64,000 bases of DNA from Pseudomonadota bacterium (GCA_043818915.1 JBDRFJ010000242.1:1810-65809), one strand, 5' to 3'. Shown: positions 29,531-40,181, counted from the stretch's first letter. The notes: a model not told the origin generated them from the sequence alone. Translations and numbers: made by a program.

Positions 29531-30552
29531 AAGAGGCTATCATGAAAACAGACAAAATTCTTCTGGATCATGGAAGCGGGGGAAAGGCATCTCATAGTCT
29601 AATCTCCGACCTTCTGGTTCCTGAATTCGAAAATCCGATCCTTGCCCAGCTTGACGACGGCGCTATCTTTGATATCGAAGGAAAGCGGTTTGCCTTTTCG
29701 ACCGACACCTATGTGGTTGATCCGATTTTTTTCCCGGGGGGAAACATCGGAGAGCTTGCCGTCAACGGCACGGTAAACGATATTGCTATGTGCGGGGCGA
29801 CCCCCCTTTATATCAGCGTGGGATTAATCATCGAAGAAGGCTTGTCCATGGGTGACCTTAAAAAAATACTCACAGGGATGAAGAAAGCGGCGAAAAAGGC
29901 TGATGTCCTGATTGTCACCGGTGACACCAAGGTGGTCCCGAGCGGGGCGGCGGACAAGATATTTATCAACACCTCCGGGGTTGGGCTTATACCTGAAGGG
30001 GTAAATGTTTCCGGGCATAACGCCCGCCCCGGCGACAAAATTATATTAAGCGGCACCATTGCAGATCATGGTATTACCGTATTGACACAAAGAGAAGGAA
30101 TGGCATTTGAGTCCTCGCTCCAAAGCGATACCGCCCCCTTAAACCACATGGTGCGCGAACTGATTGCCGCGAGCGACCAGATTCATGCTTTGAGAGACCC
30201 GACCCGCGGAGGAGTGGGAACTTCCTTGAACGAGATTGCCGCTCAATCAAAAGTAGGAATAAAGATCTACGAAGAGGCGCTCCCTGTACGAGAGGAAGTT
30301 GCAGGAATTTGTGAACTTTTGGGCTTCGACCCCCTCTACATTGCCAATGAAGGAAAACTCCTTGCCTTTGTGGGACCGGACCACGCCGAAAAAGTACTGG
30401 AAGTAATCAAAGCGAACGAATACGGAAAAGACGCCTCTATCATAGGAGAGGTCGATGCCGATTCTCCCGGCAAGGTCTTTATGAAAACAACTATCGGCGG
30501 AACCCGAATCGTGGACATGCTCACAGGAGAACAGCTCCCGCGGATCTGCTAA
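29527..30552 (+). CDS. hypE: Hydrogenase maturation protein HypE
   Basis: HGSGG, GDTKVV, RDPTRGG, C-terminal LPRIC. Confidence 0.96.
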   Translation: MKEAIMKTDKILLDHGSGGKASHSLISDLLVPEFENPILAQLDDGAIFDIEGKRFAFSTDTYVVDPIFFPGGNIGELAVNGTVNDIAMCGATPLYISVGLIIEEGLSMGDLKKILTGMKKAAKKADVLIVTGDTKVVPSGAADKIFINTSGVGLIPEGVNVSGHNARPGDKIILSGTIADHGITVLTQREGMAFESSLQSDTAPLNHMVRELIAASDQIHALRDPTRGGVGTSLNEIAAQSKVGIKIYEEALPVREEVAGICELLGFDPLYIANEGKLLAFVGPDHAEKVLEVIKANEYGKDASIIGEVDADSPGKVFMKTTIGGTRIVDMLTGEQLPRIC

Positions 30553-30588
30553 TTTGATCAAACCCCGGAAAGGAATACCACCTACTGC

Positions 30589-32016
30589 ATGACGACTACT
30601 ACTCCTGCCCGCCATAACAAATGGCTCATCTTTCTGCTCGTCGCTATCGGCGTCTTTATGTCGACCCTCGACAGCAGCATTGTCAATATAGCTCTCCCCA
30701 CTATTATGAACGACTTCGGCGTGACCCTTGCGACCATCGAATGGGTGGTGATGATCTACCTCCTTACGGTATCGGCGCTTCTGTTAAGCTTTGGTCGCCT
30801 GAGTGACATCAGGGGAAGGCGGTGGGTCTACAGTAGGGGATTGATAGTCTTTTCAGCTGGTTCCCTCTTGTGCGGTCTGGCCCAAACTGCTGTCTGGCTG
30901 ATTTTCGCGCGCTCCTTTCAGGGGATAGGAGCGGCCATGATCATGGCGTGCACCCCGGCGTTGGTGGTCGACACCTTCCCGATCTCAGAGAGAGGGAGGG
31001 CCCTTGGAACGGTAGGGACCGTTACAGCCCTCGGTTTGACTATCGGCCCGGCCCTGGGAGGGGTTTTGATTCATTTCTTTTCCTGGCGGGTAATCTTTTA
31101 CATCAACGTCCCGATAGGGATCATAACAGCGATAATCATATCCAGGCTCCTCCGTGGAAGCCATGCCGACGTGACGGTTCATGAGTCCTTTGACTGGGCC
31201 GGCTCGGTATTGCTAACCCTATCGCTAACCTGTTTTCTGTTAGCTCTTACCCATGCCTACGAGTGGGGATATACATCGCTGCCCACACTTTCACTGTTCG
31301 GTATCAGCCTTCTTGCCATTGGTCGATTTACATGGGTCGAAACCAAAAAGCCTCACCCTATTGTACAGCCATCACTCTTTGCAATCAGGCTCTTCACGTT
31401 TCCCATTCTTAGCGGAGTCGCGCTGTTCATTACATTGTTTACGGTTATTTTTCTTATGCCCTTTTATTTGATACTCCCGTGTGGTTTTCCTGTCAATAAG
31501 GTAGGGTTGATCATGGTGATCCCGTTTGTCTTTCTTTTTTTTGTATCCCCCATTTCAGGGGCTATCTCTGACCGCGTGGGGTCGCGTATGCTCTGTACCG
31601 TGGGGATGGCAATAGTGGCTGTCTCGCTCTTTTCACTTTCCGGGTTAACCTCCGGACATTCCGTCTTTCCCATTGCCTGGCGGCTTGCCCTTGCCGGGCT
31701 GGGGACCGCTATCTTCTTGCCGCCCAACAGTTCTGCCGCCATGAGCGCCATTCCCCGGAACCGGCGAGGTGTTGCCGCAGGGACCGTGGCAACCGCGCGA
31801 AACCTCGGGATGGTCATTGGCGTGGCCCTTGCCGGCGCTATATTCAACAGCACCTTCCATGCATTGAGCGGAGGGCTCAGTCTGCAAGTCTATCAGCCGG
31901 ACTTGGCGCCGATATTTATGAATTCATTTCGCTATGCAATGGCGGCAGGTGGCATCGTAGCCATAGTCGGCGTTATCCTTGCATTTCTACGGGGCCCTAC
32001 AAAAAAAGTGAGCTGA
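30589..32016 (+). CDS. MFS transporter, DHA2 (EmrB/QacA-like)
   Basis: LDSSIVNIALP, GRLSDIRGRR, WRVIFYINVPIG; about 14 TM segments. Confidence 0.92.
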   Translation: MTTTTPARHNKWLIFLLVAIGVFMSTLDSSIVNIALPTIMNDFGVTLATIEWVVMIYLLTVSALLLSFGRLSDIRGRRWVYSRGLIVFSAGSLLCGLAQTAVWLIFARSFQGIGAAMIMACTPALVVDTFPISERGRALGTVGTVTALGLTIGPALGGVLIHFFSWRVIFYINVPIGIITAIIISRLLRGSHADVTVHESFDWAGSVLLTLSLTCFLLALTHAYEWGYTSLPTLSLFGISLLAIGRFTWVETKKPHPIVQPSLFAIRLFTFPILSGVALFITLFTVIFLMPFYLILPCGFPVNKVGLIMVIPFVFLFFVSPISGAISDRVGSRMLCTVGMAIVAVSLFSLSGLTSGHSVFPIAWRLALAGLGTAIFLPPNSSAAMSAIPRNRRGVAAGTVATARNLGMVIGVALAGAIFNSTFHALSGGLSLQVYQPDLAPIFMNSFRYAMAAGGIVAIVGVILAFLRGPTKKVS

Positions 32017-32029
32017 AGTTACGGAGACT

Positions 32030-32196
32030 GTAACTACTTAGGTTCACAGTTCCGGGGTTCACGGTTCAAGGTTAGAGGGCGATGAAAATTGAACATTTTG
32101 AAGATATTGAACCTCTGAACTTTGAACCTGAGCAGTTACATGAAGAGCGCAAAGTAGCCAACCCTGAACCGTGAACCCAACAACCTGAGTAGTTAC
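32030..32196. mobile_element. MITE-like composite element with 8-bp target duplication, carrying heptamer arms and a four-helix-bundle 5' stub
   Basis: TIRs GTAACTACTTAGG / CCTGAGTAGTTAC; flanking direct repeat CGGAGACT (32022-32029, 32197-32204); GGTTCAC/TGAACC heptamers; ORF 32082-32174 MKIEHFEDIE... Confidence 0.85.
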
Positions 32197-32672
32197 CGGA
32201 GACTATCCTTTTTTCTATAATCACGGGCCATCTCCCGCGCTTCATCCCGCTTTCGGATTGTTTCACGCTTGTCGTACTTTCTCTTCCCTTTGGCAAGGGC
32301 GATTTCCACCTTTGCTTTTCCATTTTTTAAGTATATTTTGGTAGGTATTAGAGAAAAACCTCGCTCCTGCACCTTCCCGACCAAGCGCTTGATCTCACGC
32401 TTGTGCAGGAGTAGCTTTCTTTCTCTAAGAGGATCGTGATTCCCGTAGTAGGCATGGGAATAGGGGCTGATGTGAGCGTTGATCAGATATATCTCTCCGT
32501 CCTTAACCTTGCAGTAACTGTCTCTAAGGTTTGCTTTCACCAGCCTGAGCGATTTGACCTCGGTTCCGGTAAGGACAAGGCCGGCTTCTATAATGTCGGA
32601 AAGGAAGTAATCGTGTCGGGCCTTGCGGTTCTGACATACGATTTTGATGGAGTTGCGATTTTCTTGCTTCAT
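32193..32672 (-). CDS. smpB: SsrA-binding protein
   Basis: NRKARHDY, GTEVKSLR, RKLLLHKREI, GKRKYDKR. Confidence 0.97.
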   Translation of the reverse strand: MKQENRNSIKIVCQNRKARHDYFLSDIIEAGLVLTGTEVKSLRLVKANLRDSYCKVKDGEIYLINAHISPYSHAYYGNHDPLRERKLLLHKREIKRLVGKVQERGFSLIPTKIYLKNGKAKVEIALAKGKRKYDKRETIRKRDEAREMARDYRKKDSLR

Positions 32673-34471
32673 TAATCAGGGAGTGGTTCACAGGAGGTTA
32701 TGTCCTGAAATTGTTCGCCAAATGTATATTGTAATATATTTACAATATCTTGAGCCGTTCGCTGCTTCATAACCTCTTTAATCAACGGTTTACAATCACT
32801 CAATGAAAGCGAACGGATCATCTTTTTGACTTGTGGTATTGATATCGGATTCATGCTCAACTCGTCCATTTCCATTCCCAAAAGAATAGGTATATAATAG
32901 GAACTGCACGCCATCTCACCGCAAATACCGACCTTGATTCCCGCGGAATGCCCTGCTGACACAACGCTTTTTACCATTCGGAGGATAGCTGGATGAAGCG
33001 GTTGATAAAGATGGGCTACATGTTCGTTCCCCCGGTCAATGGCAAGAGAGTATTGGATAAGGTCATTGGTTCCGATACTGAAAAAATCGACCTCTTGTGC
33101 CAACAGGTCGGACAGAATTACGGCAGAGGGGACCTCCACCATGATACCAATGTCAATATCTTTGTTAAAAGGAGTCCCTTCCCTATCCAGGGACTCACAT
33201 GCATTGCCAAGTATCTGTTTTGCGGCAATGACCTCTTCAACACTCGATATCATGGGAAACATGATTCGAATGTTTCCATGGGCGGCAGCTCGCAATATGG
33301 CGCGGAGTTGTGTTGTGAAAATCTCCGGTTCTTTCATGCAGAATCGTATCGCGCGAAGCCCTAAGGCAGGGTTTACCTCATGGCCCCACTCGATGCCATT
33401 GCCGAACTTGTCTCCACCTATATCAAGAGTCCGTATAGTCACCGGCCGGGGATTCATGATTTCCGCGATTTCGCGATAACTTTCGAAAAGCTCCTGTTCC
33501 GTGGGAAGGCTTTTTTTATTTAAATAGAGGTACTCTGTTCGATAAAGACCGATCCCTTCCCCACCATGATCGAGAACCGAGACAACCTCTTCTACCATCT
33601 CGATATTGGCCATGACCCTGACTTGATGACCATCAATGGTTTCAGCCGGAAGGTGGCTGCTCCGGGCCACCATCGCCTCATATGCCTCAAGCCGTTCTTT
33701 TTCATCATGATAGTAGGTCAGGGTCTCTTCATTGGGATCAACGATAACCAAACCTCTCATCCCGTCAATGATGAGAAGGTCTCCGGTTGTGATCTGGTGT
33801 GTGGCGCGTTCTAACCCCAATACCGCCGGTATTTCTAAAGAACGGGCAATAATGGCGGTGTGTGAGGTCCTTCCCCCTAAATCTGTAATAAATCCCTTCA
33901 CCCTCTCTAAATGGATCTGAGTGGTTTCCGCAGGTGAGAGGTCGTGGGCTACCAGGATGACTCGCTTGTTTATGTCGGATATATCATCTGTGCTATGACC
34001 GGTAAGATTCCTTAGTATCCGATCCGAAACGTGAACGATATCGTTGATCCGCTCTTTGAGATAAGGATTGGGCATTTTGCTGAAAACTTCTTTTACGTGC
34101 TCCACGGATTTTTTGAGCGCCCATTCTGAATTGATCTTTTCGTTTTTGATTCTCTCGACGGTGCTTTGATGTAACATCTTGTCTTTTAGGAGCATTAAAT
34201 GAGCATCAAGAATATACGCGTTTTCCCGGTATTCCTCCGGCAATTCTTCTATAATTTTCAGAAGCTCTTTTGTTGAGGTATTAACGGCGTCTTTAAAACG
34301 TTCCACCTCGGCCTGGACCCGTTCCTTGCCGATATAATATTTATCAACAATATCTACATTCCCTCGTTCAACGAGGTAGGCCTTGCCGATAGCTATACCG
34401 GGAGCCCCCCCGATTCCCTTGAGAATGATGTTTTTTGATTTTTCGTGAGACATGTTGTTATTGTTCTCCAA
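32672..34471 (-). CDS. ptsI: PTS enzyme I
   Basis: GGRTSHTAI, GIGLYRTE, NPALGLRAIR, FSIGTNDL, GICGE. Confidence 0.95.
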   Translation of the reverse strand: MENNNNMSHEKSKNIILKGIGGAPGIAIGKAYLVERGNVDIVDKYYIGKERVQAEVERFKDAVNTSTKELLKIIEELPEEYRENAYILDAHLMLLKDKMLHQSTVERIKNEKINSEWALKKSVEHVKEVFSKMPNPYLKERINDIVHVSDRILRNLTGHSTDDISDINKRVILVAHDLSPAETTQIHLERVKGFITDLGGRTSHTAIIARSLEIPAVLGLERATHQITTGDLLIIDGMRGLVIVDPNEETLTYYHDEKERLEAYEAMVARSSHLPAETIDGHQVRVMANIEMVEEVVSVLDHGGEGIGLYRTEYLYLNKKSLPTEQELFESYREIAEIMNPRPVTIRTLDIGGDKFGNGIEWGHEVNPALGLRAIRFCMKEPEIFTTQLRAILRAAAHGNIRIMFPMISSVEEVIAAKQILGNACESLDREGTPFNKDIDIGIMVEVPSAVILSDLLAQEVDFFSIGTNDLIQYSLAIDRGNEHVAHLYQPLHPAILRMVKSVVSAGHSAGIKVGICGEMACSSYYIPILLGMEMDELSMNPISIPQVKKMIRSLSLSDCKPLIKEVMKQRTAQDIVNILQYTFGEQFQDITSCEPLPD

Positions 34472-34799
34472 ACCTATTCTTCATTAGACGCTCGATTGAG
34501 TCCAATATATCTTTATCTTCAGGAGTATCCACCCGTACCGTAATGGTGCTTCCCATGGGGCAGTTGAGAGTCAAGATATCCAAGATGCTCGATGCATCAA
34601 CACATTCCCCGTCCTTTTCAATAACCACGGAGCTGCCGGCTTTTTCAGCCACCTTGACAATCTGAGCCGCAGCCCTGGCATGCAACCCCAATTCATTTTC
34701 TACAGTCATTGTTCTAAGGAGTTCTTTTTCAGTACATTTATTACTCTTTTTCACACACAATTCTATCTTCTCCGGGCGGAAGCGCTCTGTCGCCTTCAA
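34458..34799 (-). CDS. ptsH: Phosphocarrier HPr (true start probably further downstream)
   Basis: NELGLHARAAA, DASSILDILTL. Confidence 0.9.
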   Translation of the reverse strand: MKATERFRPEKIELCVKKSNKCTEKELLRTMTVENELGLHARAAAQIVKVAEKAGSSVVIEKDGECVDASSILDILTLNCPMGSTITVRVDTPEDKDILDSIERLMKNRFGEQ

Positions 34800-36219
34800 T
34801 AAGGATCAGTAGGTTGTGCCGCTGCTCAATCGCTAACAGTTCCTTACGTTTTTTGTTCAAAAGATAGTCGGCTACGTCAATCGGTACGCTACCCTTTACC
34901 CTCCCGTTTTCCACTTTTATGGCGGCGGAACGAAGTTTTCTTAAAAAAGCTAACGCAAGGGTCTCAACGGAAGGCGTCATCCCTTTTCCACGACAGTAAA
35001 TACAGGGGATGTAAGTTCCGTATTCAATAGAGGGCCGCAACCGTTGCCGGGACATCTCCATAAGGCCAAACTTGGAGATCCTTCCGATACTGATCCTGGC
35101 CTTATCTTCCTTTGTACCTGACTTCAGTTCCTTTTCAACAGCCATCTTGTGTTTTTTGTCACGCATATCAATAAAATCGATAACAATCAACCCCCCCAGG
35201 TCACGCAGGCGGAGTTGACGGGTAATCTCTTCAACTGCTTCAATATTTGTCTTAAAGGCGGTCGACTCGATCGATTTTTCTTTGGTTGCTTTGCCTGAGT
35301 TTACATCTATTGCCACCAATGCCTCTGTAGGATCGATTATAATGGATCCTCCCGATTTAAGGGGGACGCGACGCGCAAAGATACTCGCAATTTGATTCTC
35401 CAGGTTATATTTTGTGAATACAGGTTTTGGATCATTGTGCAATTTTACAACTCTGGCCTGGCGTGGAGCAATTATTTTCATGAATTGTTTGACATCCTGG
35501 AAGACGTCGCTGTTATCCACCAATATCTCTTTGACGTCCGCTGTGAACCTGTCTCTAAGGGAACGAATCACTACATGCCTTTCTTTATAAAGGAGGGCCG
35601 GCGCGGGTTGGGATATTCCAAGCTCATTAATGGTTCGCCATAGTCGAAGAAGATATTGAAGGTCACTTGAAAGCGCGGTCTTTGTCTGTCCTTCGCCGAC
35701 TGTCCGGACAATCGCTCCAAATTCTTTGGAGATCTTTAATGACTCGATCACTTTTTTCAGCCGCTGCCGCTCTTTTTCATCTTCAATCTTGCGAGATATC
35801 CCCCGATTCGTACTCCCGGGCATCAAGACCAGATAACGCCCCGCAAGGGATATGAAGGTTGTCAGCATCGCCCCTTTGTTTCCTGTCTCATCCTTGGTAA
35901 CTTGAATTAGCAGTTCCTGGCCTGACTTGATAACTTGTTGAATCGACAATTTTTTATTCTTGTCAGTAGCGATATTATCCTGATAATAATCCTGGTGGAT
36001 CTCATGCCTTTGGAGAAAGCCGTGTCTGCCGGCGCCGTAATCAACGAACACGGCTTGAAGGGAGGGCTCGACCCTTACCACAACACCTTTATAAATATTT
36101 CCCCTGGTAATTTCCCTGGCTGATGTCTCTATGGTGAAATCTTCCAGACGGCCGTCTTTCACCGTGGCAATCCTGCATTCTTCCGGATCGACCGCGTTTA
36201 TTAATATCTTTTTTGTCAT
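34741..36219 (-). CDS. Ribonuclease E/G family (catalytic domain only)
   Basis: GNIYKG, TEALVAIDVNSG, LRLRDLGGLIVIDFIDM, CIYCRGKG. Confidence 0.93.
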   Translation of the reverse strand: MTKKILINAVDPEECRIATVKDGRLEDFTIETSAREITRGNIYKGVVVRVEPSLQAVFVDYGAGRHGFLQRHEIHQDYYQDNIATDKNKKLSIQQVIKSGQELLIQVTKDETGNKGAMLTTFISLAGRYLVLMPGSTNRGISRKIEDEKERQRLKKVIESLKISKEFGAIVRTVGEGQTKTALSSDLQYLLRLWRTINELGISQPAPALLYKERHVVIRSLRDRFTADVKEILVDNSDVFQDVKQFMKIIAPRQARVVKLHNDPKPVFTKYNLENQIASIFARRVPLKSGGSIIIDPTEALVAIDVNSGKATKEKSIESTAFKTNIEAVEEITRQLRLRDLGGLIVIDFIDMRDKKHKMAVEKELKSGTKEDKARISIGRISKFGLMEMSRQRLRPSIEYGTYIPCIYCRGKGMTPSVETLALAFLRKLRSAAIKVENGRVKGSVPIDVADYLLNKKRKELLAIEQRHNLLILIEGDRALPPGEDRIVCEKE

Positions 36220-36515
36220 AGATTAGAATAACCCTCTAAAATTTATTGAAATTATAAGCACTTATTAGCTTGCTCGCCAACTCGCCACAAGATCGCCTCC
36301 TGTGTAAGGTAAAGAGTGTAACACGTTCCTCTGGGGGATTAAATCTTTTTTCATTATCGGTCGGACGTTTTGCAAAGGTATTCGAAGATGGAAGTATCGT
36401 GGTAGCCTCTGAAGTTATTAAGCAAAATACAAATTTATATTAACAGACTATATTCAATTAACAGAAATTGCAATAACATTTTGTACAAGGCTTTTCCAGG
36501 CCCATAAAATCTTTA

Positions 36516-36544
36516 TTGACGCATATCACGTTCTAAGTTATAAA
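36516..36544 (+). promoter_or_regulatory. Sigma70 promoter of the small ORF-selB operon
   Basis: TTGACG-N17-TATAAA. Confidence 0.65.
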
Positions 36545-36588
36545 TAAATCTTCAATAAATATCTCAACTTGCCTCTAAGGAGTTTTTC

Positions 36589-36759
36589 ATGAATGCTCTC
36601 ACGATCTTTGTTATTCGTGCTATTGTGGGAATTTTCGCAGCAGTCCTTATGACACGTTTCTTTCATCCTAAATCCGGCATTATCGAGATCCTGGGGCTGG
36701 CCATCTTCTTGGTTGGATTGGCCTATGTAATGGAGGCATTTCGGAAAAGGCAGAAATGA
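36589..36759 (+). CDS. 56-aa two-TM membrane protein coupled to selB (not in ORF track)
   Basis: TAAGGAG RBS; MNALTIFVIRAIVGIFAAVLMTRFFHPKSGIIEILGLAIFLVGLAYVMEAFRKRQK*; stop overlaps the selB ATG. Confidence 0.8.
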   Translation: MNALTIFVIRAIVGIFAAVLMTRFFHPKSGIIEILGLAIFLVGLAYVMEAFRKRQK

Positions 36760-38669
36760 TGTCCAAGCAGATCATCCTTGGAACGGCCGGGCATATTGAC
36801 CACGGCAAAACAACTCTGGTAAAGGCACTCACAGGGACCGATACTGATCGATTAAAAGAAGAAAAGCTCCGCGGCATGACTATTGTGCTCGGATTTGCCT
36901 CTTTGGATCTCCCTGGTGGACAACATATCGGCTTTGTAGATGTTCCAGGACATGAAAAGTTTGTAAAAACCATGGTGGCCGGCGCAAGCGGGGTTGATAT
37001 GGTAGCGCTTATTATCGCGGCCGACGACGGGGTAATGCCACAGACCAGGGAGCATCTTGAAATCTGTGAGCTTCTGAATGTATCCCATGGGCTTGTGGTT
37101 GTGACAAAGATTGATCTTGTCGATGAGGAATGGCTGGAGCTCGTAATAGACGACATTCAACAATTCCTCAAAGGGAGTTTTCTGGAAGATGCCCCGCTCT
37201 TACCGGTCTCTTCTGTCACGGGCCAGGGCATCCCCGACCTCATCGAAGCATTGGAAAAGTTGTGTGGACAGGTTAAAGGACGCTCTCCTGATGGACCCTT
37301 TCGGCTCCCTGTGGACAGGGTCTTCACCATAAAAGGCTTTGGTACTGTGGTAACAGGGACTCTAATTTCAGGAAAGGTATGTGTGGGCGACAATGTGATG
37401 ATATATCCAGCCGGAATCGGGGCAAAGGTACGTGGCATCCAGGTGCACAACCGGTCTGCTGAAACAGCGACGGCAGGACTTAGGACTGCCATTAATTTTC
37501 AAGGGCTTGACAAAAGTGCAATCAACAGGGGCGATGTTGTAGCGCTGCCCAATACATTAAAACCAACCTATATGGTAGATGTGCGGTTACAGTATTTAAA
37601 AAGTGCCGGCAAGCCGCTAAAAACCCGGACAAAGATACGATTTCATACCGGCACCAAAGAGGTCTTGGGATATGTTGTCCTTCTTGACCGGGAAGAATTA
37701 CTTCCAGGAGAAGATACAATAGCCCAATGCCGTCTCCATGCCCCTGTGGTAGTGATGAAAGATGACCGTTTTGTGATCCGTAGCTATTCGTCAATGCACA
37801 CTGCGGGAGGGGGAGACATAATAGACCCCTTCCCTCGAAAGCACAAACGTAGTAAAATAACAGTAAGGGATATGCAGCTCCTTATTGATGGGGATGTGGA
37901 ATCGATCATTAATTATCATATGACAAAATCAGGATTCAAAGGGGTCAGTTTTACGGACCTGATCCTCATGACCAATCAGACTGAAAAGCAACTTATTCAG
38001 AAGCTTCAGCATCTATTGTCCGCAAAAAGAGTAGTTTTGGTGGATCGTGAAAACCGGGTATATATAGATAGCGCTACTCTTGAAGAGCTGAAAGGGATTA
38101 CCCAAGATATCCTGATGGAATATCATGAGAAACATCCACTTAAAGGGGGAATGTCTAAGGAGGAGCTTAAGTCAAAGCTTCCTGCAAGAGTAGGTTCAAA
38201 GCTATTTAACCTATTGGTCGGTGATATGATCGATGGAAAGATGCTCATGCAGGACAAGGATATAATAAGGCTCGCTTCCCATCAGGTCGCTCTTGAAGGT
38301 GATCAATCCAAGATCCGCAAGGAAATAGAAGAAGCATACCTTAGAAGTGGCCTGCAGCCCCCTTACTTTAAGGATCTGGTCAAATCTATTTCAGGCTCTT
38401 CCAAGACCGCCACGGATGTCCTGTTTCATATGCTGGAAGAAGGTGTGCTCATGAAGGTCAAGGATGATCTTTACTTTCATAAGACCGTAATTGAAAAATT
38501 AAAAAATGAATTTATTGAGTATCTTAAGGCTCATGCTGAGATCACCACGCCGCGATTTAAGGAGATGACAGGGGTGTCCCGGAAGTATACTATTCCCCTG
38601 ATAGAATATTTTGACTCGATCAAGCTGACTATTCGAATAGGAGACAGCCGAAGGCTCAGAGAACACTGA
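36756..38669 (+). CDS. selB: Selenocysteine-specific elongation factor
   Basis: GTAGHIDHGKT, DVPGHEKF, C-terminal winged helix SRKYTIPLIEYFD..K.T.R.GD.R. Confidence 0.96.
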   Translation: MMSKQIILGTAGHIDHGKTTLVKALTGTDTDRLKEEKLRGMTIVLGFASLDLPGGQHIGFVDVPGHEKFVKTMVAGASGVDMVALIIAADDGVMPQTREHLEICELLNVSHGLVVVTKIDLVDEEWLELVIDDIQQFLKGSFLEDAPLLPVSSVTGQGIPDLIEALEKLCGQVKGRSPDGPFRLPVDRVFTIKGFGTVVTGTLISGKVCVGDNVMIYPAGIGAKVRGIQVHNRSAETATAGLRTAINFQGLDKSAINRGDVVALPNTLKPTYMVDVRLQYLKSAGKPLKTRTKIRFHTGTKEVLGYVVLLDREELLPGEDTIAQCRLHAPVVVMKDDRFVIRSYSSMHTAGGGDIIDPFPRKHKRSKITVRDMQLLIDGDVESIINYHMTKSGFKGVSFTDLILMTNQTEKQLIQKLQHLLSAKRVVLVDRENRVYIDSATLEELKGITQDILMEYHEKHPLKGGMSKEELKSKLPARVGSKLFNLLVGDMIDGKMLMQDKDIIRLASHQVALEGDQSKIRKEIEEAYLRSGLQPPYFKDLVKSISGSSKTATDVLFHMLEEGVLMKVKDDLYFHKTVIEKLKNEFIEYLKAHAEITTPRFKEMTGVSRKYTIPLIEYFDSIKLTIRIGDSRRLREH

Positions 38670-38685
38670 GGTAAGGAACAATATT

Positions 38686-39798
38686 ATGTTTTGGAAGAAA
38701 TCAGAAAAACAGGAAGGCGCGGCAAAAGAGGCCGGCGTAAAAAAGCGTCTTGTCTCTCCCAAGCTGGCTGCCGGCATTGTTATAATCGTTGTAGCCGCAT
38801 GGGGGGTTAGCGCCCTTTTGGATCTTTTCTCCGAGTCGCCGATAACGCCGACAAGCAAACTGCATGAGGAAACACCGGCCATCTCTCCTGAAAAAGAGCC
38901 GCATCCTTCTGACGAACAGCCCTCCGCGCCTTCTCCTGGAGAGTTGGGGACTGTCCCCCCGGAACCGTGGATGGCAACAGAAAAACAGCTTGAAAAAAAA
39001 CCTCATCCTGAGCATCCTGCGCCGCGTAAGGATAAAATCAAGCACGAGGTAAAGGGGGCAGCCACGGTCATGGCTGCTATTGAGGTTATGGATTATGAAC
39101 TAAGTGAGCGATTCTGGGGATGGCATCCGAATGACCTGTTACGATTGACGGATAATGTGGAAAATTATCAGCTCGGGGCCCTCGATGTGGTTCGCCGGAC
39201 CAGCATAATGCTTGCTGAAAAGTTGTCCCGGTTCGGAGGCTCGGATAAGTTCGATCACCACCTGGAAAATGCCATGAATTGGTTCATGATAACCCCTACC
39301 CGTTATTGGCTACCTTCTCCGGAAGACAAATACAGCGCCGGCCTGAAAGAGATGCATCACTATATTGAAATGCTCGAAAAAGGGGAAAGCAAGTTTTATG
39401 CGCGCGCGGACCATCTCCTGCCTCTCCTTGCAACCTATGAAGACCTCCTGGGGAGCTGTCATCATCACCTGATCAAGGAGAAAGAGGATGACGGAACGCC
39501 TGTTCGATGGCTTATGGTAGACGATTATTTTTACTTTTCAAAGGGCGTGGCAGACGCCATGCGCAATATACTGATAGCGGTCAAGGAAGATTTTAAAGAT
39601 GAATTAAATGCTAAAGGAGGGATGAAACTGTTAGATCGTGCGATAGATTCTCTCGGTATCGCAGCTAAACTCAATCCATTGATCGTTACAAACGGCCCTA
39701 AGGATGGGATATTGGCAAACCATCGCGCCAATATGGCCGCCCCTATAAGTGATGCACGATATACCCTGCAGGTGCTTCAAACCACTATGGCCACATAA
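38686..39798 (+). CDS. Membrane-anchored protein, DUF2333-like
   Basis: N-terminal TM, Pro/Glu linker, DN..NYQLG, W.LPS.E..Y, DDYFY..KG, ANHRANMA. Confidence 0.75.
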   Translation: MFWKKSEKQEGAAKEAGVKKRLVSPKLAAGIVIIVVAAWGVSALLDLFSESPITPTSKLHEETPAISPEKEPHPSDEQPSAPSPGELGTVPPEPWMATEKQLEKKPHPEHPAPRKDKIKHEVKGAATVMAAIEVMDYELSERFWGWHPNDLLRLTDNVENYQLGALDVVRRTSIMLAEKLSRFGGSDKFDHHLENAMNWFMITPTRYWLPSPEDKYSAGLKEMHHYIEMLEKGESKFYARADHLLPLLATYEDLLGSCHHHLIKEKEDDGTPVRWLMVDDYFYFSKGVADAMRNILIAVKEDFKDELNAKGGMKLLDRAIDSLGIAAKLNPLIVTNGPKDGILANHRANMAAPISDARYTLQVLQTTMAT

Positions 39799-39928
39799 AG
39801 TTTTTCTATTTGTTTGATTTTTCACTTGACTTGCTATTTGATTTATGAGAAAGAGAAAACAAATTGTCTGAAAGGGTATTCAGGATTTTCCTGAGCCCAG
39901 CTAAGAATTTTCCTGGGGGTTAGATTGA

Positions 39929-40144
39929 ATGGAAAAGATAGCCCTTTATATTCAGCACAATACCAATCCTCTTCACGTCTACTGTCTGCTCGTGAGAGCA
40001 GGCCTTAACAGGGCCTTTTCCATGTCATTGGCCAGAGGGTACGAAAAATACGTATTTAGTTGGTTTAAATTCCTTACCCTGCTTGGAATTGCATCCTACC
40101 GCAAAAGATTGTTCAGGCATCTCCTTTTCAACCGCTACATATAA
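39929..40144 (+). CDS. Small hypothetical protein
   Basis: 71 aa with QH..NPLHVYC motif, occupying its own intergenic slot. Confidence 0.6.
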   Translation: MEKIALYIQHNTNPLHVYCLLVRAGLNRAFSMSLARGYEKYVFSWFKFLTLLGIASYRKRLFRHLLFNRYI

Positions 40145-40181
40145 TTACTCTCTATCAAACCTTGTGAGGGGTATCCTTTGA

